Shown here piece by piece: positions 38,866 through 50,282 of a DNA stretch of 64,000 nucleotides. How positions within the stretch are numbered: position 1 is the first letter of the stretch; every line of letters starts with the position of its first letter. The DNA is from Basidiobolus meristosporus CBS 931.73 (Eukaryota > Fungi > Basidiobolomycota): assembly GCA_002104905.1 (NCBI GenBank), contig MCFE01000244.1, positions 1 through 64,000 on the forward strand, read 5' to 3'. Below the pieces are notes generated by a model. The model did not search any database and was not told where the DNA came from. It saw only the letters and a list, made by a program, of their open reading frames with translations. The position numbers and the translations under genes are program-made.

Positions 38866-40098
38866 ATGGTCCCCATACCAAGCCTCAACTCATCTTTAGT
38901 ACAACCCAGACAAAACCCATCCCCCAGCTCACAAGCGCGGTCCGGACTGGAAAAGTCAATGTTGGATCCGTTTGAGTTCTTGCCAAATGATTTTAGTATG
39001 GCCCAAGTGTCTATGATGAGCCTTCATACAGATATTTGGGCACTACTGATTAATCTAGCAGAACTAGATACCTCAGAGAGCCAACAAAGATGGAAGAATT
39101 TGAGTAGAAAGCTGTGGCATGAGTTCTACATCAAGATGCCAGCCAATGTATGTAAAAAGATATATAACAAGACAAGCATTGAAATCAAGAATGAGCTGAG
39201 AGTGAGGGGATTTGACGAAGAAGCCGCGCGGGAGCAATTTTGCGCGCAATTTGCACAGTACAGGCCGGACGCGTACATTTGTGCCTCAACTTTAGGAACC
39301 AAAGAGATTTTGAATGAGTTTTTGCCTCAAATGACTAATGTACTACGTGATATATTAGTAGAGCTAAGTGGCTTCTGAGAGCAATATACACAGGACTCAT
39401 CCAGGCAACAGCTCCAAAGTATCAGACAGAGGGTAAGTGAATACCTTGAGGAATCAGATGGTGAGCTTCAGGAGGAAGAATACAGACCGCAAGCAACATC
39501 ATCCAGATTGTGCCAGCACGCCTTGCTGGATTCCCTACCATCTCTTGCAACCACAGCACGCCGGCGCACATCAGTCCAGAGTACGCCAACACCCTTTACC
39601 AGAACACCCCACATCAAGTCAATGCGCGCACTTCAGAGCAAAACTACAAGAACTTGCCAAACTGCTCATTTAGACACAAGTCCATTGGAGCAGACCAAGT
39701 TGCGTCAACTTGCAGCATCACATCAAACTCAGCCAAGGGCCATCTCAACGCATCAAGGCGCGCCTGCGCGTGCCGTTTTGCCTGACCATCAGCAAGTTAC
39801 TTCTGGTGAACTGACTGATGATGACCAACATGAAGTGCCTCAACCACCGGAGCCCTTGGCAAGTAAAAAAACACGTCAGCATGTGGCACTACAGGCCGGT
39901 TCAGTTGGTTCAGTTGGAGCAATTCAGCGCGGCCAAGCTGTAGCATCGCACTCATCAACTAGGAGGCAAAATACTGACTACAAATACACAAGTAGCCAAG
40001 ATGATAGTCAGCCAGGAAGTAGTATAGGTGTGCAAAGTGAGTCACTACCAAATGCTTCAGTAGTAATCCCTGTGAGAAAAAAACCCAGGAGAAGATGA
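38866..40098 (+). pseudogene. PHIS accessory gene, outer copy; 410-codon frame with a single internal TGA (39376-39378)
   Basis: ORFs 38866-39378 and 39508-40098 are in frame; W-rich helical N-terminus (RWKNLSRKLWHEF..NVCKKIYNK), S/T/Q/R-rich tail, C-terminal RKKPRRR. Confidence 0.82.
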
Positions 40099-42912
40099 AG
40101 CAATTGCTTTGAATCACTCACATTTGTAATGATCACGACAACCCTTTTTTTTTGCGATCCGAATCGAGCCATTGCAAATCAGTGATCATCAAATTTTTGA
40201 TATAAGTAATATCAAGGTCATCTCACATTTGAGACTGAACCCCTATAAATAAACACCCTGCATATATATACGTCATCTGTGATACCAGTGCAGCTATTGG
40301 ATCTGTTTTGCACCTACACAATTGCTTGCGTGCTGGCTATGACACCTTGTCCAATCACTAGGATCAGGGATTTACTTGCTCAATAAGCAAAATGGGATAT
40401 TTGATGGCAAATCAGGTAGCTTTTTTAGTAGTCAATGAGCCAATTGGGGGCTGCCAGCTTCAGGATACTTTTGGACCAATTAACCACTAAGATACCGTCC
40501 AATTGGAGTGAGGGTAACCAAAATGGTAAGTATTAGTGTAGTTTATAGTGTGATACACATTTATTTCCATTTACATTAAAGAAACATATCCAAATACCAG
40601 ATTTTACCTGCCATAATGGCGGTATCCAATTGCGCACATGGTGTAAACATTACAAGTTGGCGCGATCATCCATTCCAACCTCATTGTGTCAGATTGTGCC
40701 ATAGTGTGCGAGATTGTCCCACATAGTGCAAAATTGTCCAAGAACAATCCTTCCTTCTAGTAGCTGTAATATTGCGCCCAATTGTTCTTTACAACCACGG
40801 ATTGCGCCGCACGCCCTGGCATGGTACAATGGAACAAGTCTAATATGTTGTCAGCTTGTACAAAGGCATTAATGAAGCAATCACATTCAGTGGCTAATAG
40901 GATAGATGCAATGGCCCAGAGAAATCAGGAAATAGTCCAGAAACAGGATGAGAAGACAATATATGTAGATCAATCAATATCCCAGGTAGAGAAAGCAGTA
41001 TCTTTGCTGCAAAGAAGGAACTCAAACAGCTCAATGTCACAGCCAAGAGTTGAGCCATTTCCTGATGTAACATCAGAGGAACACCATACAGTCTTTGAAG
41101 CACAACAACAGTGCCCAAAGATAAAGCCCACAGAGAAATGTATCACAGCATGGGAGGGAGACAATGTGGTGTTTATACCAAAGCCTAACAATCAAAAGAC
41201 ATTGAAAATCTGTGAAGCTGCTGAGTGCAACAATGAAGAGTGGGCTAATATATAAGAGGTCATCCAAAGTCTAGCACACCATCACCTTAAGGCTGGCATA
41301 CCATGGGACCATCAGGAACTCAAGGCCAAGCAGAATACACTTCACTTGTTCCATGAGCATTATTCTGGATTCAAATATGCAAACAGATTTAGATGCAGTA
41401 TTGGTGTTCTAAGAAAGTATCTTAAGAATAACAGAGACTATTAAAGGCAGAAGAATAAGGGTGCCATGGCTAAAAACCAGTGGCTTCCCCAAGAGCCCAT
41501 TACAAGAAGGGCCAAAAGCTCCAGACAAGCATCAAAGAGATGTCAGGTAGCTGGCAGAGTGCCAATTAGGCAGAAGCAGGCAGACACAGATGCACCAGCA
41601 CAACATCTATGAAGGAAAAAGTGTAGTACCACTCAAGAAGCATCCAGTCAAAGTAGCAGTGAAGGACCTAGCAGTGATAAAGACCAGCTGCTTTTACAGG
41701 AGCCCATCACAACTATGGTTGAGAGCTCAAAACAAGCAGAAAAGAAATATCAGGTTGCCAGAAGAGTGCCAGCAAGAAGCAAGCAGGCCAAAACCAATGT
41801 GCCAGAGCAGAATTCATCAAGGAGAAAATGTAGTTCTTTGCAAGAAGCACTCAGACAAAGTAGCAGTGATAGACCTGGCAGGGATAAAGGAAAAGGTAAA
41901 GAGAAAAATGTCTACCCAAGCCTGAGACAATGAGGCAAGCAAAAAAACTGCAGTTCTCACCAATTAATGCCACAAGCCTGGAATAGATAGAATCTCATCA
42001 TACCCAAGAAGAATTACCAACAAGAAAACAGCTGCTTTAACAAGAGTTGGAAGTGCAGCCAGTTGAGCTACACCCCAGCAAGGTAGATGAGTTTACTGAA
42101 AAAGGCAATTTATCTACTACAGCCCCCACATACTCCAATGTTGACAGAGTGGAGATTACACAGACAGACAAGGCTACAACATCAAGAGCTTGAAAAACTA
42201 TCACAGTGCCTTTGGTGGAATTTTGGAGCCCTAATAGGCACACCAAGAGGTTGCAGCACTTCTTCAAGAGCAGTGCTCAAGAAAACACACTTGAATATTG
42301 CAAGGACTTATTGCAAAGACTGGCAGATGAGGTGCTAGACCTTGCAGTGCCAGCTGAAGACCAGGATGTGTGGGAATCAGTGAATGAACAGTGACATAAA
42401 GCCATTGGGTTCCTGACAAAGCTGTGGAATCAAAGTGTCACAGCAGAAATACTTATTGAGTGGTGGAATATAATGGAGTTACTTGTTGAGTGTGGGGTTG
42501 TGCTTGATGTTAGCATAGAGTATAGGGACTTGTATAGGTCAGCACAATTGGCAATTGAGGTACAACTGAAGTTTCAACTAAAATAAATCAATTTGTAGAC
42601 ATGAAAAGTAAGAGAAATGGTTGAGTCAGCAAGGAGTGTGAAAAAGAGGCAATAGCCAATCATGCACCCAAATGTAGGAGGCAATAGTGTGTCTGGGATC
42701 AGAAAGTGAGTAAATTGCCAGGAAGCCAATCAAAAGCCAATTGAACATTGTTGTGATGAAAAATTTTGACTAAGTTTCTTGTGAAATCTGGGGTGCAATT
42801 ATTTTTGAACGGTCTCTGGACAGTGTCCTGACAGGATCAGTACCTCTTAATCACAGGACTTTAACTTTGTGACAGCCTTTTGACAGATTCATCTTGATAA
42901 TTTTGCATAGGG

Positions 42913-44513
42913 CTCCACATCCTCTATTGTTAACAGAGTGGAGATCCTACTGACAGACAAGGCTACAACGTCAAGAGCTTGAAAGACTATCACAATGCCT
43001 TCAGTGGAGTTTTGGAACATTAATAGGCACACCAAGAGGTTGCAGCACTTCTTCAAGAGCAGTGCTCAAGAAAGTACATTTGAATATTGCAAGGATTTAT
43101 TGCAAAGACTGGCATATGAGGAGCTAGACCCTACAGTGCCAGATGAAGACCAGGAAATGTAGGACCCAGTAAATGAGCAATGGCATAAAGCCATAGGGTT
43201 TGCACCAAAGTTGTAGAAACTTAAAGTTACAGCATAAATACTTATTGAGTAGTGGATTTTAATGGAGTTACTTGTTGAGTGTGAAGTTGGCCTTAATGCT
43301 AGTGTAGGGTATAGGGACTTGCATAGGTCAATACAATTGGCAATTGAGGTGCAACTGAAGTTTCAACGGAAGTAAATCAATTTTTATGCATGAAAAGTGA
43401 GAGTAACAGTTGAGTCAGGAAGTAAGGAATGTGAAAAAGAGGCAATAGCCAATCAATGCACACAAACATAGGAGGTGATGGAGTGTCTGGGATCAGAAAG
43501 TGAGCTAATTGGCAGGGAACCAATCAAAAGCCACTTATACATTGTTGTGATGAAAAATTTTGGCAAAGTTTTTTGTGAAATCTGGGGTGCAATTATTTTT
43601 CAACAATATCTGGATTGAGTCCTGATAGGATCAGTACCTCTTAGTTACAGGGCTTTAACTTTGTGACAGCCTTCTGATGGTGTGGTGGTGTAGAGGTACT
43701 CCTGAGAGAAGCTACATGACTCAAGGTGTGTGAGGTGTCTGATGGGTGCAATAACCGCTGGGTCTAAACTGCTAGTGTCTTTGTCAATATGTCACTATGG
43801 TAAAAGCTCCTGCTTGTCTAGCTTCCTAGGTGCTCCAAGTGTCTGCAAAGGACTCTGTGTGTCTTGTGCACTACCCTGAAAAGCTCCTTGATGGCAGGTC
43901 TGATATCTACTGTTGAAGGCAGGTGCAGTGATTAACTGCTAATCAATAAGAGAGAAGTGTTACTGATAGAAGGGCTGATTTATTGATGAGGGATTGCCTT
44001 CCCTTAAGTACTTTTCCTGGTTGCCAAGTGATTACTAATGACAAGGTTCTAGAAGATTCCAGACATCAGTGGATTTTTGATGACATCACTTTGAGCTAAA
44101 AATATGCCAAAAATGTCTTCAAAGGTTCTAAAAGGCACAGCACATCCAACCAACCAAGGATCAGCAGTCAGAAACTTGTGCCACATAGAGATACCATATA
44201 TGGTATTTAAATGGTAGGGATGGTAACACAGACTTAGGTCATGTATCACAGGTACTGATGCAGGTACTTGCCTAATGTAGATACATATATAGATCACAAA
44301 GGTGAATACCATCTGGGATAACTAATGCTAATAAGTAATCAGGGTAAACATCATATGGGGATAATACTAATAATATGGGCAAAAGAAGAATGGGATAATA
44401 CTGATAAGATAAAATATGGATAAGTACATCATAATAGCTAAATGAATTAACTTGTCTGTGGGGAGTATGTTTACCCTACCACAATTGGATCATTACAATA
44501 ATTTTCCATAGAG
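42913..44513 (+). repeat. Tandem second copy of the TRC accessory 3'/end-A segment, interrupted by a solo LTR
   Basis: ~42930-43680 repeats ~42140-42890; the terminus resumes at 44484 and ends ...TTTTCCATAGAG (44513). Confidence 0.7.
43681..44483. repeat. Solo LTR, family C (~800 bp, TGTGGT...ACCACA)
   Basis: 6-bp inverted TG...CA termini; flanks GATGG/ATTGG approximate a 5-bp TSD; the interrupted TRC terminus rejoins across it. Confidence 0.68.
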
Positions 44514-47500
44514 TAGTGTGGACAATGCTTTCCTCCTATAATGGCCAACTCCTGAAAAGTTGGACACCTTGTAATGGTGGTATTTTCTGATGTGAATGCC
44601 ATGCAACTGTTAAAATATGTAGATATTAGGACAGTCTTGTGGTCATTTGCTGCCAGCTGCAAGATGGTTGTCCATTTATACCATCTATATGGTAAATTGC
44701 ATCCTGGGTTAATTTTAGCAAGAAGCAGTAGTAAATCCACAAAGCCCTAATTACTAATATCAATGGAAATGTGCCACTTCTATAGCCTCAACATCACATC
44801 CTTCACTAGTAGATGGATTGCTGTGCTCACTTGGCACTATGAAGTATCCTTAGCATTTTCTTCTATGGGTGTTGTCTCATTACATATTGGGATTTTGCCA
44901 GACTCATGTGGGGTACTGTTGTTTGGGGAGATAGGCCTGCAATTCATCAGTGAGCCTTCTGCTTCAGAGCTATCACTCTGCATGCCATACTCAGAAGGCT
45001 GGGATGAGCCTAAATGTGTCACAAACTCACCTGACTCAGTTTGCGCAAGGTGACAAGTACAACCAAGTGCTGTTGTAGAAGTATCAAGTGGCTAGCAAGA
45101 TACTGTTTGTATAGTAGTGACTGATGAATGGTCAAATATGACTTGTGTAGCAAAGCGTTGGCTGTGATCCTTGTAAAACTTTCTATGCTGTCTGCATGCT
45201 TCATGGCTGAGAGGCTTGCTTCAATAGGCACATGGTCTTTTTTCTCTTCTCTTACAGCATTGAGTCAAAGTAGTCTAGTCCATGGGGCTAACAGTTTGAT
45301 ACTCAGCCCTGCAGTGCTCTTATATCCTTCTTTTGTCAGTATCAATGTGAATTCATGACAGTGTTGTATTTGAGACATCACACCTACATGAATGTAAGAT
45401 TCATTGATGACCTGCCATAGTAAGCACTATAAACAAAGTTGTGGCACTACTTACACATCAATATGTAACACTATTTCCCCTTTGGTTTGACTCACTTCTA
45501 TATATGTGCCGCCAAAAAATAAAGCAAAGTTGTCTGGTCCCCAACCAAACCCCACCACTGACAGCAGCAGAAGAATGGTTGGACAACAGCTTGCTTTGTT
45601 ATTTGGTGCAACAAGCAGGGCTACAACTAAAAAAGGCCCTGTGCACAGTGTGCCCACTGAACAGAATAATGCAGACTCCTCAGGCTCTCAGTCAAGTAGG
45701 CAATTGAGAACCTCTGCAGAGCCTCAAGTGGCCCGTTGTGCTCACACAGATGAGGCAGATGAGAATGAGCAAAAGCAGTACCTTCAGCTGAAGACCAGCA
45801 AGTTGCTGTCATAACACCACCACCACCAGTATTAGCAAGTCTGTTGTCAGCTCATACCAAAGCATTAATGAGATAATTTGGTGCAGTAGCCGATAGGATA
45901 GATGCAATGGCCCAGAGAAATCAGAAAAAAGCTCAGAAGTACAATGTGTGGAAAATATGTGTAGAGCAATCAATATCCCAGGTAGAAAAAGCAGTATCTT
46001 TACTGCATAGAAGGAACTCAAGTAGCTCAATGTCACAGCTAAGAATTGAGCCACTTCCCAATGTAACAGCAGAGGAACAACATAGAGTCTTGAAGCATAA
46101 TAACAGTGCCCAAAGATAAAGACCACAGAAAAACCTTTAACAGCATGGGAGGGAGATAATGTAGTGTTTATACCAAAGCCTAAAAACAAAAGACATTGAA
46201 GATTTGTAAAGCTGTTGAGTGCAACAATGAAGAGTGGGCTAGTATACAAGAGGTTGTTAGCAGTTTAGCACACCAACTCCTTAAGGCTGTTATACCATGG
46301 GACCATCAGGAACTCAAGTCCAAGCAGAATGCGCTTGACTTGCCCCATGAGCATTATTCTGGATTCAAATAAGCAATCAGCTATTAGGCCAGCATTGGTA
46401 TGCTAGTAAGTATCTTAAGAATAGCAGAAACCATCAAAGGCAGAAGGACAAGTGTGCAATGGCTAAAAACCAGCAGCTTCCTCAAGAACCTGCTACAAGC
46501 AGGGCTAAAAGCTCCAAACAAGCATCAATGAGGCATCTGGTAGCTGGAAGAGTGCCAATAAGCCAAAAGCAGGCAGACCAAGATGCACCAGCACAACATT
46601 TACCAAGGAAAAAGTGTGGTTATGCTCAAGAAACACTTGGTCAAAGTATCAGTGAAGTACCTGGCAGTGATAAAACAAGTGGCTTCCTCAGGAGCCCTTT
46701 ACAGCATGGGCTGAGAGCTCAAAACAAGCAGGAATAAAGCATTAGGTTGCCTGCAGAGTGGCAGCTAGCAAGAGCAGGCCAAAACAGATGCATTAGAGCA
46801 GCATTTATAAAGGAGAAAATGTAGTTCAATACCAGAAGCACTCAGACAAAGTAGCAGTGAAAGACATGGCAGTGATAAAGAAAAAGGGAAAAGGGAAAAA
46901 GTCCACCCAAGCCAGAGACAGGAAAGTGTAAGAAAAAAGCTGCAGTTCCTGCCAGTTAACTCTGTAAGCCCAGAACAGACTGAGTCCCAAACCAAGAAGA
47001 ATTACCAACAAGAAAACAACTGTTTTCACAAGAGTGGAAGTGCAGTCAGTTGAGCTACACTCCAGTGAGGTATATGAGTTTACAGAGAAAGGCAATTTGG
47101 CTACCACAGTCTCCACATTCTCCATTGCTGATAGAGTGGAGATCCTGTTGACAGACAAAGTATCAATATCAAGAACTCAAAAGGTCACCACAATGCCTTT
47201 AGTGTATTTTGGAACATTAATAGGCACACCTATAGGTTGCAGCACTTCTTCAAGAGCAGTGCTCAAGAAAGCACACTTGAATATTGCAAGGACTTATTGC
47301 AAAGACTGGCAGATGAGGAGCTAGACCTTGCAGTACTGACTGCAGACCAGGATGTATGGGAACCAGTAAATGAACAATGGCATAAAACGGTAGGGTTCCC
47401 GCCAAAGTTGTGAAAACAGATTGTTACAGCAGAAATACTTATTGAGTGGTGGATTTTAATGGAGTTACTTATTGAGTTTAGGGTCAGACTTAATGTTAGT

Positions 47501-47900
47501 GTAGGGTATAAGGACTTGCTTAGGTCAATACAATTGGCAATTAAGGTACAACTGAAGTTTCAATGGAAATAAATCAATATCATGCATGAAAAATAAGAGA
47601 AACAGTGGAGTCAGGTAGCAAGGAGTGTGAAAAAGAGGCAATAGCCAATCAATGCATACAAACATAGGAGGTGATAGAGTGTCCAGGATCAGAAAGTGAG
47701 AAATTGGCAGAGAACCAATCAAAAGCCACTTTTGTATCACTGTGATGAAAAATTTGATGAACTTTTTTATGATATCTGGGGTGCAATTATTTCCTGATGG
47801 TCTTTGCATGGTGTCCTGATGGAATCAGTACCTCTTAGTCACAGGACTTAGAATCTATGATGGCCTCTTGATGGGATCATTGCAGTAATTTTTCATAGGG
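44514..47900. mobile_element. TRC-type copy: transposase N-terminal part (minus, ~44514-45400), accessory gene (plus, from ATG 45506, MPPKNKAKLSG...), end A at 47900
   Basis: Reverse-complement co-linear with 24140-26200; terminus ...TAATTTTTCATAGGG. Confidence 0.8.
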
Positions 47901-47989
47901 GACAGGATCATTACAATTATTTTTCATTGGGCATACTTTTGATGGAGTTGATCAATAATGATCAAATAGACAGCATTTAAAAGCTAGTT

Positions 47990-49055
47990 TCAACCGTACT
48001 CTGGCTTCAGACTCCAATATATCAGTGCTCTGAGTTGCAGTGCTTGGTGGTGACCTCATCAAATACAATTCTCAAGATCTAATCCAGAAAAATAAATACC
48101 ATCAAATGTGTTCTGCCACTGCAATACATAATTTATATAAAGCAAATATATAGAACTATTCAGTTTTTTGAGTGGCTCATAGTTTTACACTGACCAACTG
48201 TTGCATGATTATATACTCCAATCAGGCTTGCAATCATTTGCTTCACTCATTTTTTGGCTGGCGGGGGAATTTTCTTAGGTTGATTTTGCTAAATTTGTGA
48301 AATACAGCCTCCCACTGGATTGATAAGTAAACAGAGTGATAGCTTATCCAACAGTACCAATTTTAGCCCCCATTACACTGGTGTTAGTATCTGAGAATTT
48401 TATACAACTATAGAATTCTTCCAATGAATCACATAGTACATATCTATACTCTAGTAGAACATATATGTATTAAGTATCATCAGGATCCCTACAATTTGGG
48501 GAGCTTGTTTCTGAGATCTTCTTCCATGAGTAGGTAGTTTAGAATGGCAGTTAACAGCACCAGTACTAGCATTCTCAGGTGTATTTTGAGTAGCTACATA
48601 TTTTAGTATAATCCTCCTCCAGCAATCATTCAATAATGATCTGTATCTTTTTCACAGTTCAGGATAATATCCTATCCAAAAGCTTATCTATTGGTCAGTT
48701 GGGGTCATATGATTACATATAGCAATGCACTTTATTGTGGATCTTTACCCTCAACTGCTGAAATTATGCAATTTACTTCATTAATAATAGAGCACCTACA
48801 TGATATATTTCTTGACATATTTACATGCCAGCTTAATAGACTCATATTGATAGCTACCTGCATAGCTAGTGACAGCTTCTTTAGAAGGCAAGGCCTTCTT
48901 CTCCATAGTAATATCTTCATTTATATAGTCCATTAGTGGCAATAGTCATCTTTAACCTTAGTAGAACAATAGAGTATAAGTCTTTGTCAATGTTAGTGGA
49001 AGAAGATCCAAGGCAAAGTAGACACTGTGAGAGCAGCAGGCTTGGGCTCATAATT
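47990..49055 (-). mobile_element. Highly decayed DNA-transposon-like remnant, possibly hAT
   Basis: CpG-depleted and stop-ridden; minus-strand FALDL...DYINEDITMEKKAL loosely resembles the hAT LxxDxW...HFIDxxW segment; weak. Confidence 0.3.
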
Positions 49056-49403
49056 GGTTGTAATATTCTGAGGAGTATTGGAAGTGATGTTGAGAACTAG
49101 GGCATTTACATGCTATTCACTGGTAGATTGATAGATCAAAAAAATGGTTTTTATACTTCTAATGAAGCAAGACAAACAAATATGTAGAGTTTGTTAAGGA
49201 AGCTCTCAAGAGTATGTGTGCAAAGTTTGGGGTCTTTTGGACCACTCTGAGATAAATCATAATCTGGGTACCTGATAATTTGTTGAAGATATTCTAAGTA
49301 ATTCCTGACAAGAAATTTGATCAGGGCAGAATACTAATTACAGAATAAGATCTATGTGACTAAGTCAGCATGAATATTTAGGTGACAACCTAATATTACA
49401 ACA
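49056..49403. repeat. Solo LTR, family A (copy 3)
   Basis: Homologous to 3112-3460; ends TATTACAACA; no clear TSD. Confidence 0.7.
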
Positions 49404-49720
49404 AATACAATCAAAATCATATATCCAATTTTATAGCTGCAGTTGAGCAGATAATCAGATACTTAAAAGGAACTGCTGATATCTGATTACAGTCCACTTA
49501 TAAGGGCTCAGAGCAGGATCCTTTAGTGCTAGACCTAAGCATATAGATAGTAGTCATCAATTCATCAAAGAAGCCAAAAAAAATAACTTGGTTAATTTGG
49601 TTTACTGTCCTACTCATGAATTGATAGCAGATATATTTGTGAAACCATTAGCCAGAGATAAACTTGAATATCTTAGATCACAATTGGGCCTAGTTATTAT
49701 GAGTATTTAGTTGAGCAGGA
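49404..49720 (+). mobile_element. Ty1/copia RT-end/RNase H fragment with a PPT-like tract
   Basis: QIIRYLKGT.D and LVYCPTHELIADIFVKPLARDKLEYLRSQLGL followed by GAGCAGGAG-TG. Confidence 0.8.
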
Positions 49721-50282
49721 GTGCAATAAGCTTTGTGTTATAGATAGATAACCCACCCTTTTTCCTTCAAACAATTATATACACATATCTAGTAGTACCA
49801 TAAATGACTAGCTCCTTGTTCAAAGCACTGCAGTTTTGAAGATTCCCACATTGTAGGTGATCTAGGAGTTCATACAAGTGGATCGATCTACAACAAGCCA
49901 ATCAGTCACGAGCCCAGAACAATGGGATCAAGTCCAGCCACTTTTCTGAGCAATCCAAGATTAGAAAGAATACCAGTAGACACAACACTGACTACTTGCT
50001 TGAGCAACAACAAATGGTGCGTTCAATTACAAGAATCTCTACAATTTAATCCATTCCCCGGAGCAACTAGTAAAATACAAGAGATGAGACAGCCCATACG
50101 CTGGGGAATTATACAACATGGATGGGTTAGAGTAAATAGGCGAATGCGATTCGGGATAGAGTACATCCAACTACTTGTACAAAAAGGTGCCTGGACACAG
50201 ACCGTTGCACGAAGACAGTTTTACATTTTGGAATTAGGGAGGATTGCGTGGTATGGATGATATCATAGAACGCTACGTTACA

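Larger units (their letters stand above)
34018..40841 (-). mobile_element. Outer PIF/Harbinger-superfamily (PHIS, Pangu-type) DNA transposon; ~3.40 kb after removing the nested copy
   Basis: Perfect 15-bp TIR AGACTTGTTCCATTG at 34018 and (reverse complement) ending 40841; TSD AAT at 34015-34017 and 40842-40844. Confidence 0.93.
32464..42912. mobile_element. TRC-type copy with both termini (end B 32464, end A 42912), transposase core deleted, accessory gene (plus) split by the nested PHIS pair
   Basis: CCCTATGAAACATAATTCAGTCC at 32464; GATAATTTTGCATAGGG at 42912; accessory sequence before 34017 resumes at 40845 and matches uninterrupted 45810-45870. Confidence 0.8.

Noticed and set aside
34018-40841. 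Nested inverted duplication as an assembly artefact
   Set aside because: Both levels have correct TIRs and AAT duplications, the host TRC sequence rejoins across the outer copy, and the copies differ by many context-specific substitutions and a 15-bp indel. Long reads would still be the final test.
1-49850. Classical Neurospora-type RIP (CpA to TpA) as the cause of repeat decay
   Set aside because: Some CAA/CAG-to-stop changes occur, but the clearest paired evidence is at CpG, and the near-identical 885-bp duplicated transposases are full of intact CpA. Context counts are needed to exclude a minor CpA component.
49922-50260. 112-aa ORF at the boundary
   Set aside because: No motif, converges on the cyclin 3' end, and its length is compatible with chance.
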